Positions 56,913 to 64,000 of a stretch of 64,000 nt of DNA are shown here, piece by piece. The first letter of the stretch is position 1; each line of letters begins with the position of its first letter. The notes beneath the pieces are model-generated. The model had not been told where the DNA came from, ran no database searches, and worked only from the letters and a program-made list of their open reading frames with translations. This stretch comes from Octopus vulgaris (Eukaryota), in contig OX597823.1 in NCBI GenBank assembly GCA_951406725.2, positions 20,584,001-20,648,000 on the forward strand, written 5' to 3'. A program made the translations under genes and the position numbers.

Positions 56913-57961
56913 CCAACTGAATACTGGGGGGGGGGGGAATGTCATATACTTACCCCCTCATCTGATATTGCTGGTCTTGGTGCCAAAATTTGAAACCAAT
57001 GCTGGCTTTCGGGGCAGAAAAAAGAGAGAAGTTTTGCAGCATTTATTTCTTCGTTTCCAAAATTTTTAGTGATATAACTGTAAATAGAGCTACTATATGT
57101 CGGATGCGAACTTGCATAAGAATTCTGATTGCAATAAACACACCACCTCCGCTGCGATGTTCATCACTATACTTGTTATTCTGTAACCCTAATAACATAG
57201 CGCACAGCACACTTTAATATCGACTCCTCGTATGTATTATATATCCTAAAACCACATATTATAAAATAACATTACATATAATCTGCCACATCTCTATATA
57301 TCTGATAGCACTCCATAATTATATCCTATAATATCAGATAAAGGTAACAGATATTTAACATATAGGAATTAATTCTTTTGAAGCCGTAACAAATTGATAA
57401 TTCCGTGTTGCAGCATAATTTCGTTTCCACGAAAGAGATTCTGTTTTTCGCTTGGTTACCGTTAACTTAATAACTTCAGGCTGTAAGTAACGTATATTTT
57501 ATTGTGATAACACCTTATACACATAAGAGGTTTTAGAAACATGAACAACAGAAGTGGGTGGTATTGGCAGATGAAATATAAACTATAGTGTTTACGACTT
57601 TTATAACTTACTGGTGTCTTGAGATCGCTCAACCTGCAAGAAATAACAGCCAAATCTTTCTCAGATCACACATGCAACTTTCAATAAAAGGGACCGAAGC
57701 TTCCATGTCCAAGCTAATAAAATCCTGGGAACATTTGTCATTCATTAAAAGAGATGCTGCGATCATGATTTGTCCATCTTTGACTATTGGTTCACGCAGT
57801 TAAGAATGATACGGGTGCGACGAAAACAAAAACAGCAGCGACAACACCTTTTTTTTTAATGGGAACAGTTTGTTCCCATTAAATAGAATATTTTAATGGG
57901 AACAACTGAGGCGATAGCGGCATGGTGTTTGACAATCATCTAGGTTTAGATTATACTTTTT

Positions 57962-58338
57962 GTGGTACTCCGTCGGTTAAGACGAACAAGGTTCCAGTTG
58001 ATCGGATCAACAGAACAGTCTGCTCGTGAAATTAACGTGCAAGTGGCTGAGCACTCCACAGACACGTGTACCCTTAACGTAGTTCTCGGGGAGATTCAGC
58101 TTGACGTAGGGTGTGACAAGGCTGGCCCTTTAAAATTCAGGTGCAGCAGAAACAGGAGAAAGAGTGAGAGAAAGTTTTGGTGAAAGAATGCAGCAGGGTT
58201 TGCCACCCCCTCCCCGCCGGAGCGTTATGGAGCTTTAGGTGTTTTCGCTCAGTTGACACAACGCCAGGTCTGGGAATCGAAACTGCGATCCTACGACTGC
58301 GAGTCCGCTGTCCTAACCACTGAGCCATTGCGCTTCCA
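57962..58338 (-). mobile_element. SINE family C, long-tail form
   Basis: Homologous to 8309-8690. Confidence 0.9.
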
Positions 58339-59185
58339 CATTAGTTTTGTAAATACACACTCTAAGCCTCCTTCGTTGCCTCAGTAGTGGGGTAGGCTGT
58401 AATAATGAAAAGTATCAATAAAATTGTACAATTTCGAGAAGTAACGAGAAGTGTGTGTATTGGCTGAACGCAAACCCATATCTTCTAGTCGACACTTTTG
58501 GTTCAATCATTAAACTACGTATATTTGTGTTCTCCACATATGAGAACTCTTTGTATTTCTTCATTTCATGTTGTTCATTAACTTAAACATTATGTACTCA
58601 CCGTTCAACGTTTGTTTATCAACATTAAATCGAAATTATTTCTCAAACTTACAGATTATAAATGTAAACAACACAGCTTTAAAATGATTTGTGGGAATTG
58701 AATGACGTGTCGATTTGCTTAACATTATATAATAACATAAAGACATTGTAAGCTCAGAAACACAGCTGAGACATAATGTTATCAAGTACTAAAATTCAAA
58801 ACAGTTTCAAAATGGCATTATAATATAAACGTGTGATAATATAAACTTTCCAGACTGGGAGAGGGTCTGATGTTGAGGATGATTTCTAAGTAAGTGACTT
58901 AGTTTGGCAGCCTTTTGAAGAGGGAAGGGGAAGCGGGAACTGAATCAGTTTTCCCTGGGTGTTTGTCATAGTCTCCTTGTTTCTCATTTATATATTCTTT
59001 GTATTGGAAACGTTAATCCTTGTTTAAACTCGTATATTAATATATACGAATATGCAATAAAGGGCGAACAGGAACACACACATGTATATAAACATAAAGA
59101 TTTACATCTGGACATGCATACAATATATAATATATAATACATAATACATAATATATATACACACACACACACACATACACACATA

Positions 59186-59588
<403 letters not shown>

Positions 59589-59605
59589 TATATATATATA
59601 TATAT

Positions 59606-59920
59606 ATTATTGAAATAAAGGCTGTTACTATAAGTAAACCACATTCTGAAAAGGGACGCTAAAGTCAAACAACATCCTCAAAATATACGCACTGAAGTCG
59701 AGGAAATGAACAAGAGAATAGCATTCTTTTAAGAAGGTTCAGTTGCATCTCGAAACGATTTCATGGTCAGTGATCTACCACACTCTCCACTCCTTCGTTG
59801 TTCATTTCCTCGACTTCAGCGCGTGTGTATATTTTGAAGAAGTAGTTTGACTTTAGCTTGTGGCTTTACTTATAGTAATTGCCCTAAATGTAATAATGCA
59901 TTTTAAAAAGATTATATACT
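59606..59920. mobile_element. TA-adjacent foldback element
   Basis: CTGAAGTCGAGGAAATGAACAA pairs with TTGTTCATTTCCTCGACTTCAG; outer arms also pair. Confidence 0.8.
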
Positions 59921-60287
59921 TATACCAATATATACTTAGTACCAATATATACTTAGTACCAGTTACATTGTCTGTCCTTATTTGTCCCCTCTATGTTTGG
60001 ACCCTTGTTGACAATAAATAAATAAATAAATACAAGTTTTGATAAGTGAGAGAAAGTTTTCGTTTATCAGAGGCTATTATGATAGACTCAAAGTTGGGTG
60101 GGGTGGTGTAGGATAGCTTTAAACGCATGGAAGACCTGAATTTATTATGACACCCTAGGTACATGCAACCACGTCTTTTTCCATACCTTCAAATCTACAG
60201 ATCTAAATACAACCTAAATAACCACACAACACATATCCCACACATATACGTGTATATGCAAGTGCGTGTATGCATGTATATATATAT

Positions 60288-60344
<57 letters not shown>

Positions 60345-60550
60345 CATGCTTGCGTACGGGTTTAAAATACACAAGTACGCATCCCTATATAATAATGCAT
60401 ACATACACAAACTTATAAGTAAATGTATGCATGCGTATATCGATATACATTTCTGCCTTGCCCAAGGTGCCAAGCCGTAGGTCTGAACCCGGGACCATGT
60501 GGCTGGGAAGCAAGCTACTTATCACATGGCCACTCCTGCGCCTGTATATA

Positions 60551-60587
<37 letters not shown>

Positions 60588-60800
60588 GGTTATGAGTTAA
60601 TGGTGTCCATGAGAACCAAATGTGTCAGGTAATGCTGAATAAGTGCTATGAATAGGCCATAGTTAATTTTCAGATTCGGTGGTTATGCGAATAAGGGGTC
60701 CAACTTAGGTCATATATATCAGCGTGTGTATATAAATTTTTTTTCCGTAATGAGATAAAAAAAACTGACGCTGTGTAGATTTTAGAACATTTATAAATAT

Positions 60801-60848
60801 GTCTTACAGCTGTTTCTAGGATATTTATTATATCCCTTCATCGGAAAC
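60801..60848 (-). ncRNA. Type I hammerhead motif (CCGAUGA variant) in a TA-embedded element (~60583-61080)
   Basis: Minus: GTTT-CCGATGA-AG-GGATAT-AATAA-ATATCC-TA-GAAAC-AGCT-GTA^AGAC. Confidence 0.6.
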
Positions 60849-61434
60849 GGAGTGAGAAGATGGTTAAGTAATAGTTAATTTAGATAAGATACGAAACAGA
60901 GAGTAAGGTGGAGGAATGAAAATAGATGCGAGATATGCAGGGATATTGTATTTGTGGGTCCATTATTTAGGCAGAATGGTATATATATATATATAAGATT
61001 CCAATACCTTATGAGTAAAATGGATTTTACTCATAAGGTATTGGAATCTTATATGTATTCCATTCTGCCTAAATATGGGATATATATATATATATATATA
61101 TAATAGGCATATATATATATATATATATACGACGGGCTTCTTTCACTTTCCGTCTACCAAATCCACTCAAAAGGATTTGGTCGACCCGAGGTTGTAGAAG
61201 ACACCGGCCCAAAGTGCCACGCGGTGGGAATGAACTCAGAACCATGTGGTTGGGAAACCAACGTTCTTAACACACAGCCATATTTTTTTTTAATTATTGT
61301 TTTTAAAAATACGAGTGAGAGAACAAAGGCAGGAAATTAGCACTGCTCACATTTGGTTGGATAACGGAAGGAGCAAGGAGAATACAGATAAATAGATAGA
61401 TAGCTACATGTATGCATGTATAAATGTGAATCAT

Positions 61435-61474
<40 letters not shown>

Positions 61475-61503
61475 TATATAGTTGTGTGTGTATGTGTCTG
61501 TGC

Positions 61504-61542
<39 letters not shown>

Positions 61543-61889
61543 CACTGTACACTCAAACGTACACACACAAATAATCGAACTGTTAATGGCTGAATGTAGT
61601 TTTAAAATACAATAGAATACGTTAATCGTGTTAATATATTCTTTTACTGAATTCATTCGGTCATATGGTTCTATTGTGTGGCAGGTAAATTTCTAATTAC
61701 TACAGTCACTCCACCGAATAATTTAGTTTAGATAGCGACTATTATGTCAACGAACTTATAGCGGTACCGCGACTGGTTTTAGATGCACGTAATCTAAATG
61801 ACATCATCTCTTGGTTATATAATACTCATACACTCTCCAGGGATGTAGTTTCCACTTAAAGGTTCGATACCAGTGAGAGGCATCTTCTT

Positions 61890-62300
61890 TCCTTTTTGTC
61901 AACAAGGGGGTAAACATAGAGGGGACAAACAAGGACAGATAAAGGAATGAAGTCGATTATATCGGCCCCAGTGCGTAACTGGTACTTATTTAATCGACCC
62001 CGAAAGGATGAAAGGCAAAGTCGACCTCAGCGGAATTTGAATTCAGAACGTAACGGCAGACGAAATACCTATTTCTTTATTGCCCACAAGGGGCAAAACA
62101 GAGAGGGGACAAAGAAGGACAGAAAAAACGGATTACGTCGATTATATCGACCCCAGTGAGTAACTGGTACTTATTTAATCGATCCCGAGAGGATGAAAGG
62201 CAAAGTCGACTTCGGCGGAATTTGAACTCAGACCGTAGCGGCAGGCGAAATACCGCTAAGCATTTCGCCCGGCGTGCAAACGTTTCTGCCAGCTCGCCGC
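61890..62300 (-). mobile_element. Dimeric SINE family A
   Basis: Two tandem modules. Confidence 0.9.
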
Positions 62301-62945
62301 TTTGTGCCAGTGAGCGGCGTCTTGGTCAAGTGTGTTCTATTGTGACTTTGATTTAACCATTCCTTTGTGAGTAAAATTTAGTAGATCAGATGGAAACGCT
62401 AACACACGTATATACACGTGAACGCATGCGTTCACATATAATTAGATTGATACCGGAATTATTTAATTGGAATTAAAAAGTGAATCGGTTAACTGCACGA
62501 CTATGCCTGCGCTAATACACACACGCACACAACGTACATACACTCACACACTCATATGTGAGTGTATATCTGTGTGTGTGTGTGTGTATGTGTGTGTGCA
62601 TGGGTGTGTTTACAACGTAAGAATTTAGAAATTTCAATATTATTGAGATAAATTGGAACTTGTAGTTGATATATCTATAAGTAATGGCATGTAGAATACT
62701 GGGCCAGCAGCCCAATATTGCCCATGCTAATACTTACAGCTTTATCTACAACGGATGAAAGAAAGTAAAGAATGCTCGTGGGATGGTATTATTCCCGACT
62801 TGATATCCGTCGAGCTCCACACGATAAACATAATTTACTGCAAGTCTATCGAACTTTCTAAATTCTTGTAATGTAAACATCTTAGAAATCTCGCTGGTAA
62901 GGACAATGTTAAAATGGAGGGGGAAATTCGAAGTGCTGCTTTGTT

Positions 62946-63132
62946 AGGCGCGGGAGTGGGTGTGTGGTAAGTAGCTTGTTTACAACCACATGGTTCCGGG
63001 TTCAGTCCCACTGCGTGGCACCTTGAGCAAGTGTCTTCTACTATAGCATCGGGCCGACCAAAAACTTGTGAGTGGATTTGGTAGACGGAAACTGAAAGAA
63101 GCCCGTCGTATATATGTGTATATATATATGTG

Positions 63133-63168
<36 letters not shown>

Positions 63169-63397
63169 CGTGTGTGTTTGTGTATCTGTGTTTGTCCTCC
63201 CAACATCGCTTGACAACCGATGCTGGTGTGTTTATGTCCCCGTCACTTAGCGGTTCGGCAAAAGTGACTGATAGAATAAGTACTAGGCTTTCAAAGAATA
63301 AGTCCCGGGGTCGAGTTGCTCGATTAAAGGCGGTGCTCCAGCATGGCCGCAGTCAAATAGCTGAAACAAGTAAAAGAGAAAAGAGAAAAGAGAAAGA
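62946..63397 (+). mobile_element. Full-length SINE family B
   Basis: Head, CORE-like block, internal microsatellite and (GAAAAGA)n tail. Confidence 0.92.
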
Positions 63398-64000
63398 TAC
63401 CTGTCATCTCCTCCGATGTGGGTTCGTATCCTGTAAGTGACATTTGACTTTTTTTTTCTATCCAAGTTTTTTATTTTTTATTTTTTTAAGCCGATATTCT
63501 ACCCGCTACATTCTCTGGGTTTATTTAACCCAAGTAGTTATACAACTTCTACTGTTATATTTAGAATTCACGTAGATTTTCATAATTTCGTATGAACAAT
63601 AACGTAAATATTATAACTTGATTACACCGAAAATGCACGCGCGTGTGTATCAGTCTAAATCTATATATACAGGGGTGGCATATTTTAACTACCTTAAAAA
63701 ATTAAAGTAAAACTATAGAAATCGAAATAAATAGCAATATAACTGAGATACAAAACCGAGATTCTGTAATGAAACTCGCTCCATAATTAGTTCACCCAGT
63801 TGTGTCGTGGCAGAAAGGTTTCAGTTTCTTCATATTACGTATGCTACTACCATAAGATATCATACTTCACAATTTATTTAGGACCGCTAAATATTGCTTT
63901 TGCAGTGTTTTTTTGACGCCTTTTGGAGAGTTTACTGCAGTAGAATCCGAGTGAGGTGAATATTAATAACATTTCACCAGATATTGACACTTTGAGACCT

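Noticed and set aside
57612-57633. Minus-strand AG..GT-bounded 22-nt microexon
   Set aside because: Lies in what looks like an old repeat (GCTGTTATTTCTTGCAG resembles ~45895), so the splice signals are probably incidental
63401-63430. Minus-strand 30-nt exon candidate (YEPTSEEMT)
   Set aside because: Purine-rich acceptor region and a weak donor abutting a SINE tail, although the phase would fit the microexon chain
63668-64000. TA-CAGGGGTGGC Tc1-like terminus
   Set aside because: No partner TIR or transposase motif within the window

Overview
Eukaryotic, AT-rich and extremely repeat-dense DNA. Three tRNA-derived SINE families plus long (TA)n/(TATG)n/(CA)n tracts point to an octopus (coleoid cephalopod) genome; this is inferred from SINE recognition, not from a search. 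Almost all ORFs in the supplied track are microsatellite or SINE artefacts. Recognisable protein relics are decayed transposons: two hAT, a DD37D-like maT, a DD34D mariner, Tigger/pogo, a CR1/Jockey-type LINE and RTE fragments. Two non-autonomous Helitrons and several foldback elements are also present. A probable host gene ends on the minus strand (terminal exon 40079-40002, then a repeat-free putative 3'UTR), with candidate microexons upstream. The most interesting signal is a set of short non-coding elements, mostly next to (TA)n tracts. Each carries a minimal type I hammerhead ribozyme motif with a palindromic stem III (Penelope/retrozyme-like). One copy has terminal direct repeats, and three share a CCGAUGA core variant. 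Coordinates were read by eye and element edges are approximate.
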